NCBI RefSeq assembly: GCF_001194135.2
Contig: NC_068981.1
Coordinates: 141,721,467-141,785,466, forward strand
Direction: 5' to 3'
Source of the DNA: Octopus bimaculoides
Taxonomy: Eukaryota
Length of the DNA stretch: 64,000 nucleotides
This document shows, in pieces, positions 52,722 through 64,000 of this stretch. The position numbers were made by a program, and so were the translations under genes. Under the pieces are notes generated by a model, which saw only the letters and a list, made by a program, of their open reading frames with translations, ran no database searches and was not told where the DNA came from. How positions within the stretch are numbered: the first letter of the stretch is position 1; each line of letters begins with the position of its first letter.

Positions 52722-53489
52722 NNNNNNNNNNNNNNNNNNNNNNNNNNNNNNNNNNNNNNNNNNNNNNNNNNNNNNNNNNNNNNNNNNNNNNNNNNNNNNN
52801 NNNNNNNNNNNNNNNNNNNNNNNNNNNNNNNNNNNNNNNNNNNNNNNNNNNNNNNNNNNNNNNNNNNNNNNNNNNNNNNNNNNNNNNNNNNNNNNNNNNN
52901 NNNNNNNNNNNNNNNNNNNNNNNNNNNNNNNNNNNNNNNNNNNNNNNNNNNNNNNNNNNNNNNNNNNNNNNNNNNNNNNNNNNNNNNNNNNNNNNNNNNN
53001 NNNNNNNNNNNNNNNNNNNNNNNNNNNNNNNNNNNNNNNNNNNNNNNNNNNNNNNNNNNNNNNNNNNNNNNNNNNNNNNNNNNNNNNNNNNNNNNNNNNN
53101 NNNNNNNNNNNNNNNNNNNNNNNNNNNNNNNNNNNNNNNNNNNNNNNNNNNNNNNNNNNNNNNNNNNNNNNNNNNNNNNNNNNNNNNNNNNNNNNNNNTC
53201 ATTAAATATTCTTCTTTTACCTTTGCTTTTTTTTTTCTTTTCTTCTTTTTCTCTTTTTTCCCTCCTTTTTGCCAGTTGTAAACTTGAAAATTGAAGACTG
53301 ATGATGTCATTATGACAACGTGGGAACGCAGGTTGCCCTCGTTCACATTTTTGAATTTGAATTTCTATAATTTTGAATTTCTATCCCTCACTTTTTCTTT
53401 TGAACTCGACAAAGACAAGGAAGTTGTCGAAATATTGTTCAGACCAATGAAATATCTATTTCAATTGCATCACGCTCTTCGTATTGTCT

Positions 53490-53690
53490 AATAATAATAA
53501 TAGTAATAATAATGGTAATAATAATAGTAATGAGGAGGATGTAGAGGAAAAGAAGGAGAAGGAGGAGGTAAAGAAGAAGAAGAAGAATGAGGAGGTGGAG
53601 GAGGAGGAGGAGGTAAAGAAGAAGAAAAGGAAGAAAAAGAAGAAGGAGAAGGAGGAGGTAAAGAAGAAGGAGAAGAAGAAGAAGAATGCT
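53490..53690. repeat. (TAA)n then a GAA/GAG polypurine tract
   Basis: Direct reading. Confidence 0.9.
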
Positions 53691-54494
53691 TTCTATGATA
53701 GTCACACAACAGTAAATAAAGCAAACCAAGACAGCAATCATAGTCAAGACTACATTTATAGTATACATGATAACTACAAAGCACGATACAATCTATTTCT
53801 TTAATACATTTAGTGGTATTATTACAATTGTTATCAGTATAAATGGTACATATAATACATATCTATAGTAGATACAATTATATGGCTTTCATAAAATACA
53901 ATGGTAATTGTAAATGAATAGCATGTTAGGTATAATTTATTGCTGTAGTGAATAGCAGAATAACAAGGGAAGATGTTGTTTAACAGTATGTCGACGCTGA
54001 GTAAGAAGACATGTAGTGATTAACATATGAGACATTTCCATCTCGTCTGTTTTTGGAGGCATATCTAAAACTAGACCATCCACGTGCCATTTCTTTAAGC
54101 AAAGCGCACGCAGGGATTTGAACGTTATTTGGCTACTTTTCACAGCAAATCAAGCAAACATATAGTGGCCACCTTCTTTGCTGTCGGTGAGTGTTATCGT
54201 GCCTCAGATCAATTCCCATCCAGTACAACCGAAGAAAAATTGTCAAGCATCACAGCACAATCTCTTTTTCAAACGAAGTGTTTCTAATACTACAGTATTA
54301 AATGTATCTTCCCAGATTTTAACATAATGGTTTAGGGTTAACGTGAGGGATTATCGTTTGCTATGTCTAGCGAATGAGACGACCACACAATGGCTGACAC
54401 CGATGATTTGATGGCAAACGTATTATGTCAAGCAGTGCTAGTTATTGTTCATCATGAGCTGCTGACAATGTGTTGCAATATCGATCCTTTCACC

Positions 54495-54710
54495 AAGGCG
54501 GCGAGTTGGCAGAAGCGTTAGCACGCCGGGCGAAATGCTTAGCGGTACTTCGTCTGTCTTTACGTTCTGAGTTCAAATTCCACCGAGGTCGAGTTTGCCT
54601 TTCATTCTTTCGGGGTCGATATATTAAATACCAGTTGCGTACTGGGATCAATCTAATCCACTGGCCTCCTCCACAGGAATTTCGGGCCTGGTGCCTAGAG
54701 TAGAAAAGAA
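54495..54710 (+). mobile_element. SINE family A, near intact, with a 16-bp TSD
   Basis: TSD aatatYgatYctttca at 54477-54492 and 54709-54724. Confidence 0.9.
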
Positions 54711-55201
54711 TATTGATTCTTTCATTTACCAGAACAATTTACACGATGGATTTTACACACTTTCCACATAGTTTCTCTGGAAATGTTCTTCATGATACCA
54801 CGCAGAAGAATCAGACGTGCAAGTCGTAAATGAAAAAGTAATGTTCTAAAAGATTCTTATGTACAAACACACTCGTTCATGTTCTCATACAATCACGCAG
54901 AAACACTACTATGAGTATGAGTATGTATATATGTATAAACATATATAATGTATATACATACATAAATATATGTATGCGCGCGCGTAGGTATTTGCATCTA
55001 TGAAATTGTATATGTATAACCATTCATAGTGTAAATAAAAAGATAGAAGTACACACATTGATGAGTGCAGAGGCACATACATGATTCCATATATGTGTTC
55101 ATACAATTAAAGTACATAGCACCTATATACGTATATTCACCCACACATAGATGTTGTCTCACATATGTGCATAACTCTCTCTCACTCTCTCCGTATACAT
55201 G

Positions 55202-55252
<51 letters not shown>

Positions 55253-57114
55253 GTACATATATATATACAAACACATATATACATATGTGTGAGTGTATCA
55301 CATACATTAATACATACATTCATACTTAGATACATACATACATACATACACACAACATGATATATTTAAATATTATCTGTTTGACATGGTGTTGAAACGA
55401 AAAGTCAAGTTTTGACTTTTCACGTTTTTTTTTTACCTTCTCTCTTCGGTTTGCTTTCATTACTCTCTTTTCTTTCTCCTTCACTTGAGTACCAAACAGT
55501 ACCATACGACTTGTCTTAAAAGGTCACTTTATCTTGCTGGTTTGCCATTTCATTCAGGAATGAAAATATTACTTACTTCCACAAATATTTCACTTCTTTC
55601 GTTTACTCAAGGGTTTTAGTAGGTCTTTATCGAACCCAGTACTCATATCAACCAGGTACTTATTTTATAAATCTCTATATATAGAAAGGCTAATGGATTC
55701 TTTTTTTTTTCTCAATAAGGGACAGCACTAGGTACACAAGATTGTAGCGGTATCCAGAGGGGGCAAAAATCACAGCCACGCACGCATACGTACACACTCA
55801 CGTACACGCACCCACAGGTAGGTAGGCAGGTACGTAGATGGACGGATAGATTGATAGATAGATATACAGACAGAGAGAGGGAAGGGAGGGAGAAAGAGCG
55901 ATAGATATATAGATAGATTGATAGATAGATAGATAGATAGATAGATAGGTGTGTACGTAAGTAGATAGACAGGTATGTCGATAGATAGACAGACAAACTG
56001 ACTGACAAACAGACAGACGACATACATGTGAAAAATTTCCTCTCCACAAATTTCACTCAAATGCAGTTTAGTTAGTCGATTAAATCTTTCCCGGTATTTC
56101 ACTGGTACTTTATCTTATTGTCCCCAAAGTGATGAACCTGACATATGACGTCTGTCACATTTCCACTTTCTGTTCTGAGTTCAAATTCTTTAGAAATTGA
56201 TAAAATGATGTATCGAACACTCGCTCGCGTAAAATTTTTGGACTTCTGCTTATCTCAGAAAGCATTTTGTTAGTTATGTTTAAATGAACTACAGCTCGAA
56301 ACATCTTTCGCATTCGGAGAAGATATTCTCTACTTATTAATCGTAAGATACAATAAAATAACCCCTGCTCTTAGCTACTCTCTTAACCCTCTCTATTGTG
56401 GTATCCTTGCTGTCTCCAATCTCATTCAAACATTACCAAGCCACTACAATCAGTCCATACTCTCTTGACGGCTTTCTGCAATTCACTTCCCACTCATGAT
56501 TGTACCCAAAATTTTAACCCACAGAGATTCAAGAGAAACAATAAAACATCAATCTCGACTGTGTGTAAGGTCTCACGAAGACCATGCCCACTGTCCCTTC
56601 CTCAAAAACCTAACAAGCTAAAGAAGTGGCTGCAAATAGTTACAAAGGCTTAAATTTGCTTTTTATCCTTCCACTATTGATGTTTTTGAATATACACATT
56701 AACCAATTGTCATTATTATCATTGTGTCATCGTTGGAAACGAAAACATATTATTTTGTTCTAGCTATAGATGTAGTATTACTTGAGTAAGTTCATGCTCA
56801 AAGGCGTGTTAGTGGTCACCATCAATTTTAGTGGGCGTTTACAAGATTAAATTGTGTTTTGTGTTCTTCATCTTTTTAAGACGCAGAGATGTGACTTGAT
56901 TTCGCTAATATTTCTTGCAAGTCGCACGACCTCTTAGAGACTATGTACATCGTTGATTCATTTTCTGCTTCTTATTCTTGTTATTGGTGAAGTTTTTAGC
57001 GTCAGATCAACCTTGAATGGACTAGCATACGATCAAAGAGTCTATAACTAAATTATCTAATATGGCTTTCCTATCTCTGTCCCTCTCTCTGTTCATACAC
57101 AGACACAGACACTT

Positions 57115-57208
<94 letters not shown>

Positions 57209-58601
57209 CTTAGATTGCTAGTTCTCATAGATCGAGTGACTAAGCAGATGCTGCTTTATCGATATCATTCAAACGCAATGGCAATAGGGAAGACAGTGAA
57301 AAGATTTGTAATGCAGGGAGCAATATAAAAGGTGTCACTATAAATATATATACATTCAGTGAAAGGGAAAAAAAAAGTGATTCAGATAGAGTTTCCAGAC
57401 GAGAAAATATTTGAACAACAAATCTCAATATTAGAGGTTAGCAAAAGCTGCTTACATGTTTATAAATGAGATTTGAGTATAATTTTGTATGTCTGTACTG
57501 TTCATTTGCGTATGAATGGGTTTCTGTTTGAGTGATCAAATAATTAATTGAATTTATCACATGGAATAAAAACAAAAATTAAAAATCGTTATTAATATTC
57601 TAATAGAAGCAATTAATGAGATAATATAACAGTGTCTCACTTCTTTTCACTGGTAAAACATCGTCATAAATAGTGAGTATAATGAGAGGTATCAGCCCAT
57701 GGTGCAAGCGTATATGTTTTTCATGGAACATATATACGGATACAAAAATTACTCGAAACTTATTCGAGAGTCCGTCTTAATATAAATATCAAAGTGATAG
57801 CAGTATGCTGTATTATCTGAACCTTCACCCAAAAGGGAGAAACTCGTATTAGCATAGGAGTATCTTATCAGTCCAGTTAAGTCTAATGTATATTCATGTG
57901 TGTGAAAGAGTCTAAGTGGGCATCCATGTGTGGCGTGGCCCATAATATGATGACGTCTTATAAATACATGCACTCATACTCATTCACACTCACTCACATG
58001 CACGCACACACGCACGCGCACACACATATACACACACAGAGAAACATATATATATATATATATATANNNNNNNNNNNNNNNNNNNNNNNNNNNNNNNNNN
58101 NNNNNNNNNNNNNNNNNNNNNNNNNNNNNNNNNNNNNNNNNNNNNNNNNNNNNNNNNNNNNNNNNNNNNNNNNNNNNNNNNNNNNNNNNNNNNNNNNNNN
58201 NNNNNNNNNNNNNNNNNNNNNNNNNNNNNNNNNNNNNNNNNNNNNNNNNNNNNNNNNNNNNNNNNNNNNNNNNNNNNNNNNNNNNNNNNNNNNNNNNNNN
58301 NNNNNNNNNNNNNNNNNNNNNNNNNNNNNNNNNNNNNNNNNNNNNNNNNNNNNNNNNNNNNNNNNNNNNNNNNNNNNNNNNNNNNNNNNNNNNNNNNNNN
58401 NNNNNNNNNNNNNNNNNNNNNNNNNNNNNNNNNNNNNNNNNNNNNNNNNNNNNNNNNNNNNNNNNNNNNNNNNNNNNNNNNNNNNNNNNNNNNNNNNNNN
58501 NNNNNNNNNNNNNNNNNNNNNNNNNNNNNNNNNNNNNNNNNNNNNNNNNNNNNNNNNNNNNNNNNNNNNNNNNNNNNNNNNNNNNNNNNNNNNNNNNNNN
58601 N

Positions 58602-58632
<31 letters not shown>

Positions 58633-58955
58633 CCTTCTGAGTTCAATAAATTAGTGTACCAGCTAGGACTCCACTTACCCTTAGACATCTATGGTGTTAT
58701 AATACATGGCAAGGATACACACTTGGAAGAGGCTTTCCCAACAGCAGAAGTTGAGAAAATTAACAATGTCGAAAATTATTGCATTGTTCAGGCTGGAAGA
58801 TATACTCGTTTACTCTCCGATTCATTTATAATATTGCGCACATCACAGCACTTTATATCAATCCAGATACGTTAACTGCTTGTGTGTAACATTATTAACA
58901 TGACCAAATACGTTTCCATGACGTAATGTACGAAAATATAGTTGCGGTAAATATA

Positions 58956-58976
58956 TCTGTATATATAAAAGGGAGG

Positions 58977-59073
<97 letters not shown>

Positions 59074-59314
59074 TGTGTGTACGTGAATGTAATTTATGCA
59101 CGTCCACAAATTAGCACGCATGTCACTCCAATTTTAGGAGGACATTCGTCATGACCCTATCTGCATTTTCGTCAACTTTTTCTCTCAGAGGCACCCGCGT
59201 ATAGCGAAATAATAATAATAATTTTGCTCAAATCTGATGTCGATGTTACTTATTTTGGTTTGAAATAAAGCACTTGATAACTTAATCCCGGGCCGCGCCG
59301 GGCTATACTGCTAA
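58956..59314 (+). mobile_element. Non-autonomous mini-Helitron with an internal (GT)n tract
   Basis: 5' TC after A (a|tctgtatatataaaag), 3' GC hairpin cccgg-gccgcg-ccggg (59287-59302), then CTAA (CTRR) followed by T; no TSD, consistent with A|T insertion. Confidence 0.75.
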
Positions 59315-60449
59315 TATTTTATATAATAAATTAAATATTGCCTCCCTAGAATTTTCCACAGCGGCAACTATATCAAATCTGAGTTTAAGGGAGATGGTCT
59401 GTGTTCTTGTATATCTTTTAGATATAGTAGCAATCAAATGTCCTTAGCATCACATTTGATTATCTTAAAATATATAAAGAATGTATTTGATAATGTAGTT
59501 CTATGACGTAGGTCGCATTCTATAACTTAGTTCTGAAACCTGAATCGTAATCTTCATTACTGGAATAGTTTTGATAATAAAATCGTCTCTGTCAGACTTG
59601 ACCTGGGGCTGAATAAAAACTGACAACAACAAATGGGACAATCAACAAGTGTAGCAACAACGACAGCTGTAATCCTTATGTGTCGATAGTTGACAGAGTT
59701 GAGAGGAACAAGAACAATATTGTTAAGAACAAGAAAAACAAGGAAGATTATGTTAAGAGGAGAGAAAGCAAATCTCATAAAGATTCGTATAATCAAAATT
59801 CAAAACAGCAAGTAAACTGAGAAAAAACAATAATCAAAAACACAGATACAACTTAATGTCAATAGCTGCAGCAAATACGTAAATGGCAGTATCATGAATA
59901 ACAATATCAACAGCAACCATATTAACATTAGCAACAGCAGCAGAACCAACACCAGCCAGGAAAACAATGTCAATAATGGCTTCTATGACAACTCCGAAAA
60001 CACAACAGCAAAACTAACAACAACAACAATAGCGATATTTTTTTTTTATTTGTCTATATTTGTCGCAAGACGTCGTACATGCAATAAACGCTGAATCGTG
60101 GGAACTAAAACATATGTGGGGATAGGCAAGACGAAATTATATAAAAGCTGAAAAGATATCTGAAGACTATACAATGAACGTATTAAAAATTTAAGTAAGA
60201 AAGAGAAAAAAAACATAAAGTTATGTAAAATATATACTAATTAAATCAAACTAGCTTCATTTAACATGCAGAAAAACGTGGAGGGTATTTTTTCCCTGAA
60301 ACAAGAGCAAGAACCCTCTGACTAGATGAGTGCTAGACTCAGCTTCCCTAGTGTTGATCGGGCAATAAATCCTTCACACCCTGCTCGAAATTGCTCAGTT
60401 TTAGTACATAAACCGGCTTGTGGTCTGTACTGACAGAGTGTCACTTGGG

Positions 60450-60700
60450 TGTGAGGGTATGTTGTCAAGTGGTTATGATGTTGCTCTCACGAACGCGAGG
60501 TCGTAGTTTCAATTCATAGAGCAGCTAGTGCGTTGTGTTATTGAGCAAAACTCTTCATCTCACGTTGCTTTGTGATTACTTCGACATCTGATACATAGTA
60601 ACCCTTGCATCTATTCAGGCAACGTTAATTTTTTGGAACGTGTAAGTTAATGTACAGCACAAATATTTGATCATGATGCATAAATCATTTGCCCTACTTG
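60450..60700 (+). mobile_element. Old tRNA-derived SINE
   Basis: caagtggtt A-box and gtttcaattc B-box remnants, then gcgttgtgttattgagcaaaac, resembling the family C post-head motif gtttattgagcgaaaac. Confidence 0.55.
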
Positions 60701-60988
60701 TTTATCAACAATTGCACAACCATTTTTCTCGAACTACGAGAGATTACTATTATCAACTGGGTACCCCGACGAAATGAGAGCTGGCCTTATTTTTGTCTGA
60801 TCTGTGGAGTTTGTCGAGTATCTGTTCTCACGTGTAGGGTTCACCTGGCTGAGTCCACCGTGATGACAGTCCTCCGCACTTTAGCTTGGGAAATTGTAGG
60901 CAGCTTTCCACCGTTTAGTGCTACAGAGAAACAAGTTAAGCGGTGGACATGACTGAAAACCAAAAGCAGACATTTTCCGTTTCGGCTA

Positions 60989-61374
60989 TACTCTCTCTTT
61001 TACTCCTTTACATTTTACTTGTTTCAGTGATTTGACTGCGGCCATGCTGGAGCACCGCCTTTAGTCGAGCAAATCGACGCCACGACTTGTTCTTTGTAAG
61101 CCTAGTACTTATTTTATCGGTCATTTTCGCCGAACCGCTAAGTTACGGGGACATAAACACACCACCATCGGTTGTCAAACGATGTTGGGGGGACAAACAC
61201 AGACACATAAACATATACACACATACATACATATATATATATATATACATATATACGACGGGCTTCTTTCAGTTTCCGTTTGACAAACCCACTCACAAGG
61301 CTTAGGTTGGCCCGAGGCTATAGCAGAATACACCTTCCCAAGGTGCCACGCAGTGGGAATGAACCCGGAACCAT
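60989..61374 (-). mobile_element. SINE family B, slightly 5'-truncated
   Basis: Colinear with 49923-50335. Confidence 0.9.
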
Positions 61375-61787
61375 ATCAATTTTGTTTTCAAGTTTTACTT
61401 GGAAAGGTAGATGAGGCTAGAAAGAGAGGTCCTGTTCTAGTAAAATTGTAGTCAGTTGGGTAAGGAGAGCGCACTTCGTATTATTCGGGCCTTCTTCGAA
61501 TTTCATTTTGTAGGCTGGTAGAAAGTGGATGAGAGAAGGCAAAAACATTTGGCAGCTTGGGTCATCGAGTGCTGTACGTTTTCCTTGATTAGCCCCAAGC
61601 AGTTTTCCTCCTTTTTCGGAATTACACTTGTTTGGAATTACTTCTTATCTGTCTTTTTTTGTTATAATTTCATTTTATGCAGCTTATGTAACCCCTCACA
61701 ATGCCATTTCTTTTTGTTTTGCATTTTTGGCACTCTGTTATAGCCTTTGTTCTTCATAGAGCTTTTGCGGCGGATAAAGAAATTATC

Positions 61788-61822
<35 letters not shown>

Positions 61823-61863
61823 GATTATTATTATTATTATTATCATTATTATTATTATTATTA

Positions 61864-61915
<52 letters not shown>

Positions 61916-61950
61916 CATCATCATCATCGTAGTCGTCGTCGTCATTATTG
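61788..61950. repeat. (ATT)n/(ATC)n microsatellite
   Basis: Direct reading. Confidence 0.95.
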
Positions 61951-62359
61951 TTGTTGACTTCGTCCTTGAAACATGAATGTTGCTAATGAATTCCTTTATT
62001 GGACACAACAGCTTCAACTATGGGAACAATGTATGGACGAAGTATAATGAAAACACTGGGTGGGATTTCCATTAAGTAACCATGCGAAATCAACAATAAC
62101 AATAAGGATTAATAAGAAGAAAGATTAAATATAAATAACAATAATAATGCTTGCATAAAATTAATGTAAAATGCTCTGTATTCACATACACACAGATATT
62201 TTCAGACAAAGCGTAGTATTAAACGCCAACTCACTACGCAGAAGCACTCTTAAGCACTCATATACCCCCCACCACCACCACCACGCTTACGTACTTACCT
62301 TAACACATACACGTGAAATACATTTATACACAAAGTTTCACACACATCCACTCACAAAT

Positions 62360-62400
<41 letters not shown>

Positions 62401-63496
62401 ACACACAATCTCTCTCTCTCACACTCACTCTTACACACACACCAAGTCATAAAATAAACAATACGCTTTAAAAGGCAATATACGATTGTTGGTGATATTC
62501 ATGGTGAAGTGAAGTGAAGTGAAGCGTAGGGAAGCGGTGAGAAGATGTTTTTGACTTGGTGACCCGGTACAGTTACTGGGCTAGAAAGTGGGAAGGGAAC
62601 ACATGGAGACATAGCACTTTGATATTAGGAGTTCATGCCGTTAGCAAGGAATTGGTAATATTATCTCATGAAAAGGAACAGTAGATTGGCAGAATCCATA
62701 GGATATCGGACAAAATCCATTGTGGCGTTTAGTCACGAAATTCACATTCTTTCTAAGAATTCTGTGAATGCCAACTTTGCATATCACCCTTCAAGTTAAA
62801 TAAAATAAAATACCAGTCAAGACCTGGGATAGATTTGATATTTTCACAAACCACCTTAAATGAAGAAGAATTATAATAAAACAGTAAAACAAAGTCTATA
62901 AAAAATGATGTCACTGAAATTCTTAGAGCTTCTTCCTTACAATTGTGGTAAAGGTAATTATTGCTCTATTAAAACAGCAGTAACTTGGCAATATCGGCAG
63001 ACATTTTACTTATATAGAAGTTCTAAGGAAATTAGTTGTAGCACATTATATTCGAATCCCATAGGATTCATCCTGTAGTGACGTCTATTAAAATGCAGTG
63101 CTGTACAAGTTGAAAGTTATCGACTAATTCAGCTATCAGCTCACCCCAATTGTTTTCTTGTTACAAAACAATATATATTATATAAAATATTGTACACAAT
63201 AAATTAATTATCAGGGTCATTTAATGGAATAGTAATAGAAATAATTTCCACGACACTCCATCATAGCAGTAATCCGGCGTGGTCATAGCGCCCAATGAAG
63301 CATTGCGGTCACTTCCCTTGATTGGGAAAGTTTTGCATGATTGACGATACCCAAATGACGACGGTTCCCTTAAATCTAAATGTGCCTTAGGTTTGGTCAC
63401 AGCTAAGAAGCTGGAAACAATTGAGTAATGCCTACACACCTGTACCACAATCATTCATATAAAAAAATATAATATCTATCTATCTATCTCTCTATC

Positions 63497-63547
<51 letters not shown>

Positions 63548-63850
63548 NNNNNNNNNNNNNNNNNNNNNNNNNNNNNNNNNNNNNNNNNNNNNNNNNNNNN
63601 NNNNNNNNNNNNNNNNNNNNNNNNNNNNNNNNNNNNNNNNNNNNNNNNNNNNNNNNNNNNNNNNNNNNNNNNNNNNNNNNNNNNNNNNNNNNNNNNNNNN
63701 NNNNNNNNNNNNNNNNNNNNNNNNNNNNNNNNNNNNNNNNNNNNNNNNNNNNNNNNNNNNNNNNNNNNNNNNNNNNNNNNNNNNNNNNNNNNNNNNNNNN
63801 NNNNNNNNNNNNNNNNNNNNNNNNNNNNNNNNNNNNNNNNNNNNNNNNNN

Positions 63851-63883
<33 letters not shown>

Positions 63884-63886
63884 TTA

Positions 63887-64000
63887 TACTCTTTTACTTG
63901 TTTCAGTCATTTGACTGTGGCCATGCTGGAGCACCGCCTTTAGTCGAGCAAATCGACCCCAGGACTTATTCTTTATAAGCCTAGTACTTATTCTATCTAA
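63887..64000 (-). mobile_element. 3' end of SINE family B, cut by the window edge
   Basis: tactcttttacttgtttcagtcatttgactgtggccatgctggagcaccgcc. Confidence 0.9.

Noticed and set aside
53298-53325. CTGATGA followed by a tgtca/tgaca stem
   Set aside because: There is no GAAA after the stem, so it is not a hammerhead.
53484-53804. Lys/Glu-rich 106-aa ORF
   Set aside because: It is a translation of TAA and GAA/GAG simple repeats.
58627-58875. 82-aa ORF starting at a gap edge
   Set aside because: The ATG comes from a (TA)n boundary, and there is no recognisable domain or splice support.
60905-60950. 13-bp hairpin considered as a pre-miRNA
   Set aside because: The stem is too short for a Drosha/Dicer substrate, and I recognise no mature miRNA in it.

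Overview
AT-rich, microsatellite-dense eukaryotic DNA with 11 N-gaps, each with simple repeat on at least one flank. The SINE families and repeat landscape look like coleoid cephalopod (Octopus-like) DNA; that assignment is inference from recalled repeat families, not a database result. I found no recognisable host protein-coding gene, rRNA, tRNA gene or CRISPR array, so the window is probably intergenic or deep intronic, and most ORFs in the track are translated microsatellites or gaps. What is supported is a layered record of transposons: two mariner relics (one internally inverted, one carrying nested RTE and SINE insertions), two distinct restriction-like-endonuclease (R4/Dong-type) non-LTR retrotransposon fragments sitting in different microsatellites, a Penelope-like element (RT plus GIY-YIG), a small Helitron, a hAT MITE and at least three tRNA-derived SINE families, several with target-site duplications. 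There are also degenerate hammerhead-ribozyme-like motifs, two long perfect palindromes, two minisatellites and several local duplications. I cannot support a claim of a novel functional system; the best leads are the hammerhead-like relics, the inverted mariner derivative and the microsatellite-targeting retroelements.
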